A DNA stretch of 64,000 nucleotides, from IMG/VR virus record IMGVR_UViG_3300009551_000003, positions 54,696-118,695 of that record, one strand, 5' to 3'. The stretch is from a virus. This document shows, piece by piece, positions 37,215 to 45,248 of the stretch (positions within the stretch are counted from its first letter, which is position 1; each line of letters opens with the position of its first letter). The position numbers were made by a program, and so were the translations under genes. Below the pieces are notes generated by a model. It had not been told where the DNA came from. It ran no database searches and was given only the letters and a program-made list of their open reading frames with translations.

Positions 37215-37239
37215 CTTTTCCAGATTCAGAGGACGCCCG

Positions 37240-37701
37240 ATGACTTTGCTCCAGCATGAAATTGACTACATCGCGAACCGCCTCCTCGACAAAATATCCG
37301 AACGGCTCGGCGGAATAATTCGAGCTACCATCCAAAAGGAAATGAAGCTGATGACTGACCAAGCTATTCTTGACCTCACTCAGGCTACCGACGCGATCGT
37401 AGCGGAACTGGCGGCGGTGGTTACCGCACTCCAAACCGACGCGAAGGCGCTCGCCGACGCCCTCGCCCAAGCTGCGGCGAACGCCGGCACGACTCTCGAT
37501 CCGCTTATCGCGGCTCAGACCAAGCGGCTGACGGATGGAACCACGGCTGCTGTTGCGGCAGTTACCGCCCTTCAGGCGCCCGTCAGCACGTCCACCGCTG
37601 CCCCGGCTCCTTCGGACGCCCCGGCGCCGGCACCGGCCCCTGCCCCTGCGCCAGCCCCGGCAACCGATGCTCCAGCGACTCCGGCGGCTCCGACCGCGTA
37701 A
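37240..37701 (+). CDS. Ala-rich coiled-coil protein with PAPAPA tail; possible second in-frame start at 37351
   Basis: GAGGA RBS before 37240; AAGGA before internal ATGs. Confidence 0.65.
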   Translation: MTLLQHEIDYIANRLLDKISERLGGIIRATIQKEMKLMTDQAILDLTQATDAIVAELAAVVTALQTDAKALADALAQAAANAGTTLDPLIAAQTKRLTDGTTAAVAAVTALQAPVSTSTAAPAPSDAPAPAPAPAPAPAPATDAPATPAAPTA

Positions 37702-37720
37702 GACGGTCCAGCCGACCACG

Positions 37721-37760
37721 GAAAAAGCCCCGGGATGTGACCCCCGGGGCTTTTTCTTTG
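37721..37760. terminator. bidirectional terminator between convergent late and early arms
   Basis: AAAAAGCCCCGGG-ATGTGAC-CCCCGGGGCTTTTT. Confidence 0.8.
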
Positions 37761-37769
37761 CGTCAATTT

Positions 37770-38102
37770 TCAGCGGAACTTGCAGGCCGGAACGAACCGG
37801 CCGCCGGACGGATGCAGTCGGCGGTATTCGTGACTCTTCGGGACTGACAAGGCGCCCATGTGTATCAAGCGGCGCCGCCGGTTGGTTCCGGCCGGGCGGG
37901 CAAAGTTCCGCCAGCCCTTGCGAGGATGCAGCCAAGCATGGTGGGTTCGGCGGACCTCGGGCTCGACCGCCGCATTATCACCCACCATGATCTCGGCAAG
38001 TTGAGCGGTTGTGATATCCTGTGCTCCAGCGGCCACGAGCGCGGCAGCGGCAGCTTTGATGCTCTCGACGAAGCTCGGCTTGGAGGTAGGAGGAGCATTC
38101 AT
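37770..38102 (-). CDS. hypothetical protein
   Basis: 110-aa ORF at the end of the minus-strand operon. Confidence 0.55.
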   Translation of the reverse strand: MNAPPTSKPSFVESIKAAAAALVAAGAQDITTAQLAEIMVGDNAAVEPEVRRTHHAWLHPRKGWRNFARPAGTNRRRRLIHMGALSVPKSHEYRRLHPSGGRFVPACKFR

Positions 38103-38103
38103 T

Positions 38104-38553
38104 TCAAATCCTCATGGGTTCGAGTTGCAGGATCATCAGATGCCACGAATCCATTTCGCGCACAACCTCGAATCCAAATTTTTTGAAGAAGCCCGGCTTC
38201 TGTGTCCACAACGAGACAACGCTGCCGCCGCGAAGCTTGATCTCCGCGAGACGATGACGCGTCAGGGCCTCTCCGATGTGCAAGCCTTGACAGTCTTCAG
38301 CGACTACGATCCAGATCAAATCGTAGTCACCCTTCATTCGCATTGACGGACAGTACGCCGCAAACCCGGCGAGGCCGCCTTCTGGCCAATCAGGTCTATC
38401 GACGACGAAAAATTTCGGCGCGTAGGGACCGCCCTTATAGTATTCGATCATCTGATCGCGTGCGCGATCGGCGGTCTCGACACCCCAGTTGTCTCGGACA
38501 AGCTTGCATGCTTCGAGAACATCAGCGTAGAGCATTTCGCGAACTTCGATCAC
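38104..38553 (-). CDS. GNAT acetyltransferase
   Basis: IVVAEDCQGLHIGEAL (motif A), FFKKFGFE; GTG start overlapping the upstream stop. Confidence 0.8.
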   Translation of the reverse strand: MIEVREMLYADVLEACKLVRDNWGVETADRARDQMIEYYKGGPYAPKFFVVDRPDWPEGGLAGFAAYCPSMRMKGDYDLIWIVVAEDCQGLHIGEALTRHRLAEIKLRGGSVVSLWTQKPGFFKKFGFEVVREMDSWHLMILQLEPMRI

Positions 38554-38993
38554 AACAGAGTTTTCCACCAATGCTTCTCGATCAAAATAATGGCATGGTT
38601 GATCTCGACCGCAAGCTCGGGCACTGTAAGGCCGGCGGCATAGATTGTGTCGGATGCACTCTCTGTCATCATGAGGTTGATCTTGTCGGCGCCCTCGAAC
38701 AGACGGAAGTCGGTTCGGTAGTTGAGAATAAGCTTGGCCTTGGCGTAGCCGTACCCAAGCTCCCAGCACGTGCCACTGTCCGGGTCCGCACCGTCGAGAT
38801 TGGCGAGCACCATATCTGCCCAGTCAATGCCGGCGACATCGGAGGCGAAGATCAGATCGGGCCGATCGGCGCGCTGCTCATGCTCTTGCGGCAGAAAAAC
38901 TTCATGGCCGAATCGACGAAGCGCTTCGGCCAGACAACGGTTGAAAGTTATTTCGGCCGTCGAGAAAAGCGGCCCAGCCATATAAATCTTCAT
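38550..38993 (-). CDS. nucleoside 2-deoxyribosyltransferase/nucleotide N-hydrolase family
   Basis: KIYMAGPLF, IFASD...I..ADMVLA, DSGTCWELGY, NLM. Confidence 0.9.
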   Translation of the reverse strand: MKIYMAGPLFSTAEITFNRCLAEALRRFGHEVFLPQEHEQRADRPDLIFASDVAGIDWADMVLANLDGADPDSGTCWELGYGYAKAKLILNYRTDFRLFEGADKINLMMTESASDTIYAAGLTVPELAVEINHAIILIEKHWWKTLL

Positions 38994-39265
38994 GCGTCCG
39001 GTCCCTTCCACTCAATGAACGGCGTCTGACAGCCACATGGACCGATGTCAGAATAATACGAAGGCCCAAGCCCAGAGCCCATCAACAGACCTTCGATGAA
39101 CTCTCTCGTCGTGCCCTTGATCGGGAGCTTGTGCGTGATGCGAAGCATGTGACTGCCCTGCGATGGGTAGGAGAACGAGAGCTTCACGCCATGGGCCGCG
39201 AGCGGCGTCCATCTCGCGATTAGCTCCTGTATCTTGACTTTGGTCTCTTTCATCATGTCGGGCAT
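38990..39265 (-). CDS. hypothetical protein
   Basis: Coupled ORF. Confidence 0.5.
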   Translation of the reverse strand: MPDMMKETKVKIQELIARWTPLAAHGVKLSFSYPSQGSHMLRITHKLPIKGTTREFIEGLLMGSGLGPSYYSDIGPCGCQTPFIEWKGPDA

Positions 39266-39678
39266 CAGACCGGCCCCTCGCGCAGCGAGCCGTTTTGAGT
39301 TGTCAGTGCATCGCTCTCGGGCCTGATCTCATGCACAGTGTACGGGTCTTCCCCGGGACCGTGCATCGGAGCGAATGGACGAACTTCGTCGGGACCGAAC
39401 CGCAGGCTTTCGCCTAGTTCGTGATTCATGGTGCGGATGCACTGTTCGAAAATCCAGCGCCGCCAGCTTTTCTCGTTATATGTTGTGATCGGCACCGGAT
39501 GGATGTGGTTGACGACCCATCGGCGCGAAGGATTGTAATTGTCAACGCCGTCGATCTGTATCACTAGCCGCAGGGCGCCGTCTTCGTTGATCAGATCAAA
39601 CGACCAACCCGGCTTGCATTGGGTACTCGCTACGATTCGGGCGAGCAAGTCGAAAGTGTTTTCCGCTGTAACTTCCAT
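39265..39678 (-). CDS. conserved phage hypothetical protein
   Basis: AGAGGA RBS before MEVTAEN; W.RWIFEQ....NHELGE..RF...RPFAP.HGPG.DPY. Confidence 0.65.
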   Translation of the reverse strand: MEVTAENTFDLLARIVASTQCKPGWSFDLINEDGALRLVIQIDGVDNYNPSRRWVVNHIHPVPITTYNEKSWRRWIFEQCIRTMNHELGESLRFGPDEVRPFAPMHGPGEDPYTVHEIRPESDALTTQNGSLREGPV

Positions 39679-39889
39679 TGATATCCTCTTTTTCGGTACG
39701 CCCGCTCCCGACAACCAAAGCGCGCTGTTGTCGAGAGCGTTTGGAGATGGGTTGACCGATTATCACCGGGCCGATCTCCAGCGTTCGTGAATAGCGGTAT
39801 AAAAGAGGGCAGGGTTCTTGCATCATAAGCCCCTACCACGCCGGATGCTTAGCGGCGCCGGTTCTTGAGACCGCCCTCTTCTATGCCGC

Positions 39890-40069
39890 TCAGAATACTC
39901 CGAACCAAACACCGATACCATGGATGACTCCGATCGGCGCAACGATACAACCGAAGAGGAGCAATATCCATGACGCTGTTTTGATGCAGACAATGACGTG
40001 CGTGGTCCACGCTGCGATGCAGGCCGTGGCTCCGACCACAAGGGCCGCGAGAGCAGAGATGGCTTTCAT
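39890..40069 (-). CDS. small membrane protein
   Basis: GAGGA RBS; AWTTHVIVC...APIGVIHGIGVW. Confidence 0.65.
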   Translation of the reverse strand: MKAISALAALVVGATACIAAWTTHVIVCIKTASWILLLFGCIVAPIGVIHGIGVWFGVF

Positions 40070-40128
40070 TTGGGTTATGTTCCTCGTGTGGGCTGGCCGG
40101 AGCTTGGTAGCTCCGGCCCGAATCAATG

Positions 40129-41259
40129 TCAATCCCTTTTTGTCATCCTTGCGCCCTCGAACGTGCACCATGGTTCCCGCACCGTAGCCCGTTCCTTGGC
40201 GTCCAAATAAATCGGCCACTGCGCAGTGAACCCGCGCTTCGGATGGATGAATGCCAGAGCTTGCATCGGGCGAGTTGGCTTCGCGCGCAACACGAGTCGG
40301 GCGTATTCGTTGTAGCCAATCAGTGAGCCGTTGGCCAGCACAGGCACCGCATCGCCGCGAGCGATATAGGTGTGATAGTGGCCGATCAAGAGGGTATCGA
40401 AGTCCCGGCCGCAAGCGGCTTCTGAGGAGCCGACCTTGATAGCGCCACGGGCGATCGGACCGAGCGCGCCAATGATGCCATCGCCTCCCTTGACACCTAG
40501 CGTATCACCGTGCGTCAGCATGAAGCGGTGCCCATAGATCGCGAAGTGAGCATCGACCTCGTTTGGCACATAGATGTTAACCCTCGGGTCATCACGGAAG
40601 AAACGTTCGAGATGGCAGTACACAAGCCATTCGTATGAATCGAAGACGCGGTTCTTGGCGCGAGGCTTGATCGTGGTGCGGCCGTGATTGCCGGGCACGC
40701 AAGGCACGAACACCTTGCCGAACTTGTCGGCGAGATCGAGGATCAGGCCAATCAATTGCTCCTCGACTTCTGCGACCGATAGCGTCACCGGGCCGTCGTT
40801 TGTCTCGCGAAGGTCCTCATGGATGGCGCCCGTGATCATGTCGCCGCCGAGACCAACGACGATGCCGGGATAGATCGGGTTTGTCATATGATGGAGGCAG
40901 AGGTCGATCGTGGCGTCGCGCAGGATTCGCACGCGCTGGCGAGCGATCTTGCGGTTGAAGGCGTTCATGCCGCCGACCTGATCCGGATCGACCGTCTCGC
41001 CCCAGTGCCAGTCGCTCAAAAGCAATAGTGGGACGCCGGTTGACTTGCCCGAAGGCTTGACGTCAACCCACTTCGGCGGCTCCGGTGTGTAGGCTTCGAG
41101 CCCGAGGATTTCCTCGCGGATGCGCTCAGCCGTGTCGTTGATCTGAGTTCGCTCGCGCAACTGCCGCTGTAGCTGGCGGACTTGTTCGTTCTTCTGGCGA
41201 ATGATCGCATTAGCATCGGCGAGCATGTCAGCGTCGGTCTTCTTCGGGGCAGAGGCCAT
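40129..41259 (-). CDS. calcineurin-like metallophosphoesterase
   Basis: SDWHWG, GGDMITG, GNHGR, THGD, GHYH. Confidence 0.85.
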   Translation of the reverse strand: MASAPKKTDADMLADANAIIRQKNEQVRQLQRQLRERTQINDTAERIREEILGLEAYTPEPPKWVDVKPSGKSTGVPLLLLSDWHWGETVDPDQVGGMNAFNRKIARQRVRILRDATIDLCLHHMTNPIYPGIVVGLGGDMITGAIHEDLRETNDGPVTLSVAEVEEQLIGLILDLADKFGKVFVPCVPGNHGRTTIKPRAKNRVFDSYEWLVYCHLERFFRDDPRVNIYVPNEVDAHFAIYGHRFMLTHGDTLGVKGGDGIIGALGPIARGAIKVGSSEAACGRDFDTLLIGHYHTYIARGDAVPVLANGSLIGYNEYARLVLRAKPTRPMQALAFIHPKRGFTAQWPIYLDAKERATVREPWCTFEGARMTKRD

Positions 41260-41260
41260 C

Positions 41261-41416
41261 TTATTTTCTCCGTCTATTGCGAGTTTCAACGCCTTTCGGC
41301 GACTGGATGTAGCAGTGCTTTCGATCTTTATATTTCGGGGATGCCTCGTATCTCCGCCGACGCTCGCGGCCCTTCGGTGATTTGTTATAACGGATATACG
41401 CCGCTCGATCTGTCAC
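41261..41416 (-). CDS. 51-aa basic protein with SPK repeats (not in ORF track)
   Basis: MTDRAAYIRYNKSPKGRERRRRYEASPKYKDRKHCYIQSPKG...; fills the gap exactly. Confidence 0.55.
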   Translation of the reverse strand: MTDRAAYIRYNKSPKGRERRRRYEASPKYKDRKHCYIQSPKGVETRNRRRK

Positions 41417-41844
41417 GATGGTCGCTCCGGCACCTTCAACCCTTCGCGCACCATTGCGTTAGCGAGCCTGCTCAACGTGCGAATCGGGACGCGCGAAAAT
41501 TTGCGTTGCGTCCTGTCACTGATGATTCGTAGCGGGAGGCCCACTCCGAACTCGTCGCGTTGCATCAGCAATGATCGTGCAAATTCACGGGACAGTATCT
41601 TGTCTGATCCCAGCCTTGTGCGGCAGCGCGCCGGCAGACGAACATCATTGGTGCCGCGCCGCATGAAGTACAGTTCGTAGCGGAGCGCCCCCATCGTTGC
41701 ACGCGCCTTGGGAAACTCGGCCTTGATGCGCTCCAGAATCGCCGCATAGCCGAGCCCGATATTGCGGCCGTAGCAATCGACAAAATCCACCTTCAATAGA
41801 AGATGCTGCGAAAACGCGCGGATCGTTTTGAACCTCAAGGGCAC
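41413..41844 (-). CDS. basic protein with internal duplication, possible DNA-binding
   Basis: Two repeats of F...LL.....GL...I....(E/K)F. Confidence 0.55.
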   Translation of the reverse strand: MPLRFKTIRAFSQHLLLKVDFVDCYGRNIGLGYAAILERIKAEFPKARATMGALRYELYFMRRGTNDVRLPARCRTRLGSDKILSREFARSLLMQRDEFGVGLPLRIISDRTQRKFSRVPIRTLSRLANAMVREGLKVPERPS

Positions 41845-41845
41845 C

Positions 41846-42286
41846 TTAGAAGCCTTCAGTCGCTCTTAAGAGCACTTCGGGGAGCGGCGTACTCGGATGT
41901 AGGAGAACGCTCATGCTCGCCAGTTCGGGCTCGGGGCAGATAATCTTCGGGTACAAATTTCCGGGAATGAGATACAACCGGGACGCCGCCGCGTCGCCGA
42001 CTTGAATCAGAACGAAACACGTTTTGCAGCCTGCCCGGACACGCTCTTGCAGCCAAATATCTTGTGAAGGGCGCACCTTCGGCCGGATGCACGTTGACAG
42101 CCGTTTCGGGCGGTCGCATGACTTTAGTTCGAGCCATAGTTGGCCTCCATCAATGCAGCCCTCGACATCGGGGTTGCCGGCGCCGGCATCGTTCTCGATC
42201 CGACAGAGATGCACTCCGAAGCCGCACTTCCTGAGATGGATACCGGCTTTACGGACGCGCTTCCATAGTTCGCTCTCGCGAGCCAT
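41846..42286 (-). CDS. VRR-NUC/Holliday junction resolvase-like PD-(D/E)xK nuclease
   Basis: RIEN..GAGNPDV.G...LWLELK...RPSQ..W. Confidence 0.8.
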   Translation of the reverse strand: MARESELWKRVRKAGIHLRKCGFGVHLCRIENDAGAGNPDVEGCIDGGQLWLELKSCDRPKRLSTCIRPKVRPSQDIWLQERVRAGCKTCFVLIQVGDAAASRLYLIPGNLYPKIICPEPELASMSVLLHPSTPLPEVLLRATEGF

Positions 42287-42705
42287 CAGAGGTTTTTATT
42301 GACGCCGTCTTCGTCAAATTTCTTCGCGGCCAATTTCTCTGCTAGAATTGCCTTGTTCTTTGCGATCACCTCTTCATCCCAGATCGGGAGCCCGTCGCGC
42401 TCGCGCTGCTTGAGAGAGGTCTCCAGATTCGCAAACGCTCGCCATGCGAGCTTGCCTTCATGGAGCGCACCATCGTCCGGATCGAATGTGCCTTGTTCAA
42501 TCAGATGTCGGGTGATGCAGTCGGGATGATCCATGCTCTTGCCCTCGGCCCAGTGCAGCGGTTCGCCGGGGTTGTGCTTGTCGTTGCCGAGCACGGAGAT
42601 GCGCGCGACGTATGCCGCAGCGCGCGGGAAATATTTGAGCATGCCGCTGAAGATCGGGGTGTCTTTTCGGAGAGCCGAATCGGTCGGGAGGATTGACTTG
42701 GTCAT
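42286..42705 (-). CDS. dATP/dGTP diphosphohydrolase-like (DUF5664)
   Basis: YFPRA...VARIS..GNDKHNPGEPLHW...DC..RHL...H...AWRA.A.L. Confidence 0.75.
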   Translation of the reverse strand: MTKSILPTDSALRKDTPIFSGMLKYFPRAAAYVARISVLGNDKHNPGEPLHWAEGKSMDHPDCITRHLIEQGTFDPDDGALHEGKLAWRAFANLETSLKQRERDGLPIWDEEVIAKNKAILAEKLAAKKFDEDGVNKNL

Positions 42706-42944
42706 TTGTACTCTTTCAGCGTTAGTGTTTTGGCAGTCATGACAATACCGGCATCGTCCATAGAGCCTAGCGCTTCAGCCGCGATCTTCAACTGCTCAAT
42801 GCGTTCGGCGAGACGAGAGCATTTGGTGCGATCTGTTATAAGTTCGCGGTCATGATAGCTGATGCTGCTCTTCACACTCTCCAATTCGGCTTCAAGGGCG
42901 GCCTTAGTATCCCACAAGGTCTTGCGCGTTTCCTCATATGCCAC
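42702..42944 (-). CDS. coiled-coil hypothetical protein
   Basis: GGAGG RBS; 80 aa. Confidence 0.55.
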   Translation of the reverse strand: MAYEETRKTLWDTKAALEAELESVKSSISYHDRELITDRTKCSRLAERIEQLKIAAEALGSMDDAGIVMTAKTLTLKEYK

Positions 42945-42947
42945 GGC

Positions 42948-43160
42948 TTACCTCCGATCGATTTGTTCACGAGCGTTCTTGCCGGCCAGACGAACGTCCG
43001 CGAGGACGCCGTCGAGAAATCCGAAGAAAAAGCTGAGGGACTTGTCGCCGTTTTCCTCCATTTCGATCTCTTCGATACGCTCGATCACTTGCAGGAAAGG
43101 AGTGCTCGCGACATAAGCTTCGCGTCCCTCAACGAATCGCTCGGCATCAACCTTGGACAC
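42948..43160 (-). CDS. hypothetical protein
   Basis: GTG start with GAGG RBS. Confidence 0.5.
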   Translation of the reverse strand: MSKVDAERFVEGREAYVASTPFLQVIERIEEIEMEENGDKSLSFFFGFLDGVLADVRLAGKNAREQIDRR

Positions 43161-43566
43161 GGGCCGCCTCTTCGGAGGAGATGGCTGGATTCGCGGTGTG
43201 ATAGGGCTCCGCGCGCTTGGCCCGGGTGTAGTCCTCGCCGGCAGCAAGCTTGCGCTTGATCTCACTGCGGAGGAAGGCAGCGGCGACGACAAGGTTGGCC
43301 ACGTCGCTGCCGTAGTCGCGGAAGCCGTCCCAATCCTTCGGATAGAAGTCGTCCTTGCAGTGAGCGACAGCTACATCCGACGAGACACCTCTGCTCTTCA
43401 GAGCGACGACGCCGATCTGCGCCATGGCGGCATCGGCCATCTGTCCGGCGGTCGCGTCGGCGCGGTCATTGCCGACACCCCACATTTTATCTTGAATCGC
43501 GACTTCGCTCGCGATCAGCTTGTCTGCAAGATAGCCGGCCTCGATTGCATCTTTCTCATTGGACAT
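43147..43566 (-). CDS. hypothetical protein
   Basis: GGAG RBS; YPKDW....NLVVAAAFL..EI.R motif. Confidence 0.65.
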   Translation of the reverse strand: MSNEKDAIEAGYLADKLIASEVAIQDKMWGVGNDRADATAGQMADAAMAQIGVVALKSRGVSSDVAVAHCKDDFYPKDWDGFRDYGSDVANLVVAAAFLRSEIKRKLAAGEDYTRAKRAEPYHTANPAISSEEAARVQG

Positions 43567-43604
43567 GGATTCGGCTCCAGAGGAGGTTGGCGGAACAATG
43601 CCGC

Positions 43605-43642
43605 TTGCTACCCGTCTCTGGAGCCGATGTCAAGATAGTTAA
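43605..43642 (-). promoter_or_regulatory. sigma70-like promoter with TTAACTAT box just upstream of the -35
   Basis: Minus strand TTAACTAT-C-TTGACA-N17-TAGCAA. Confidence 0.6.
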
Positions 43643-43926
43643 CAAAAGGGAAATGGGGAGCGGCGCGGGCAGCACCCCGGCTCACTCCCCATCCCCGGAC
43701 GCGACGACGCGGGGCAGGCTGGGGGATGCGTCGTCCCGTGTAGCTCAGTCCTGATCCAGAAGCACACGCGCGTCGGATCGAGGGAGACCGTCCAGATGCG
43801 ATGCACCAAAAAGCAGTGCACCGTGCCTGATGCAGCGCGGTGGATCACCCCGCCGAAGTGCCGTATCCTCGTCGAACAGACAGACAGTTTCGTTCCTATC
43901 TGTCACGTCGCAAGTCATCCAGCGTG

Positions 43927-44271
43927 TCAATGGCCGTGATGCCACGTCTCGCCTCCGTCGTGAGAATGGTGCCCGGCAGCGAGCGCTTGACGATCGACAG
44001 CCCGGCCGGCGACTTGTTCGGCCGCAGTGATCTTGGCCTTGGTCAAAGCGCTGCCCGAAACCATCAGCCGGCGATACACGCACGCGTCGGTCACGCCGTC
44101 GCGGAGGTTTTCGTCGAGGCCTTGGAAGGCAATAGCGCCAGTCTTCTTGTCCACTACCGGCTTGACTTTGCCGGCAGCGATCAGGCTATTGACGTCGTAG
44201 ACCACCTTTTGGACTTCAGCTTTGCGTTGCTGGATCGTCTGGCGGAGTTTCAGTCGGGTGTCACAGGGCAT
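43927..44271 (-). CDS. small protein of the AAA+ module with His-rich C-terminus
   Basis: MPCDT...; HHSHDGGETWHHGH; preceded by CTACAGCACTAGGAG. Confidence 0.75.
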   Translation of the reverse strand: MPCDTRLKLRQTIQQRKAEVQKVVYDVNSLIAAGKVKPVVDKKTGAIAFQGLDENLRDGVTDACVYRRLMVSGSALTKAKITAAEQVAGRAVDRQALAAGHHSHDGGETWHHGH

Positions 44272-44350
44272 TGATCTCTCCTAGTGCTGTAGGATGGACG
44301 AAGGATATCAGCACCGCCGGCTGCCCGTCAAGGACAGCCGGCGGGGATGG

Positions 44351-45148
44351 TTACTCAATCTCCAGTTCGTTCGCCAGCGTCTCGACAGCCGACTTAGGCC
44401 TGCCACTGTCAGCAACCGGCTCGAAGTCGAGAGCCCGGCCCTCGTGCGTCGGCGCGGCGATCTCTCCGGCTTCGTCAAGGTCGAGGAACGCGGTGCGCGC
44501 TTCGGCCAAGGTCTTCAACGTGGCTTGGTCGATCTCGACAGCCGCCGTCTCGCCGGCCGCAACGATCTTGGTCGCTACCGCCCGGGCGGCCTTGAGCCCG
44601 GTCTCAATGCGAGCCTGTGCATCCGGCGTCAGCATGCTGCCCAGTTGCTTCGTGCGCTTGGCCGCGTCGCGGATCAGCGTCACGTCGAGGTTCTTAACAC
44701 CCTCCTCCATGTCGGCGATAAGTTCGCGAACCTCTCGGTTTATCGCGCGGACCGCCGTCACGTCATCGGGAGCAATGCGCCCAGTGATGGCGTTGAAATA
44801 AATCGTAGTAATGCGGGACGTGCGGTTGAAGTCGTCGCAGAGTTTGCGAGCGTCGGCTAGGGCAGTCTGAAGCTTCTTTTCGTTGTTGTCCGGGCAGAGA
44901 TACCCGAACGCCGAAGCCGCACAAACCGAAGCGACGAGGCCTCGGGCCTTGCTGCGGATTTTCGTCGCGGCATCTAACTCCTCCGCGTCGCGAATGGTGC
45001 GGTCAGTCTGCCATGCCGCCTTGCGGGCGCCGTCCTCGATCGCGTGATCTTCCTCGATCACGGTTTTGAAGTAGTCAACGTTGCCCTTGATCGAAGTCGA
45101 AAGGCCGACGAGAAGACCCGGGCGAAGGGTTGTGGAAGCGAATGACAT
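44351..45148 (-). CDS. helical protein of the AAA+ module
   Basis: 265 aa, preceded by the motif; ends RALDFE...ELEIE. Confidence 0.75.
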   Translation of the reverse strand: MSFASTTLRPGLLVGLSTSIKGNVDYFKTVIEEDHAIEDGARKAAWQTDRTIRDAEELDAATKIRSKARGLVASVCAASAFGYLCPDNNEKKLQTALADARKLCDDFNRTSRITTIYFNAITGRIAPDDVTAVRAINREVRELIADMEEGVKNLDVTLIRDAAKRTKQLGSMLTPDAQARIETGLKAARAVATKIVAAGETAAVEIDQATLKTLAEARTAFLDLDEAGEIAAPTHEGRALDFEPVADSGRPKSAVETLANELEIE

Positions 45149-45248
45149 TTTGTGGTTCTCCAGTGCTGTAGAGGTTCAAGTGATCCTAGATTTATCACCG
45201 GCCCACGCCGCCTTCAAGAGCGGCGTGGGGTATTGGTTAACAGGTCGT

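Noticed and set aside
43645-43745. GC-rich hairpins as a tRNA or known ncRNA
   Set aside because: No cloverleaf or T-loop consensus; better explained as hairpins ending the AAA+ operon
39760-45202. TTATCACCGG at about 39760 and 45192 as lambda-like operators
   Set aside because: Half-sites only, another copy lies in coding sequence near 31008, and no CI-like repressor is in the window
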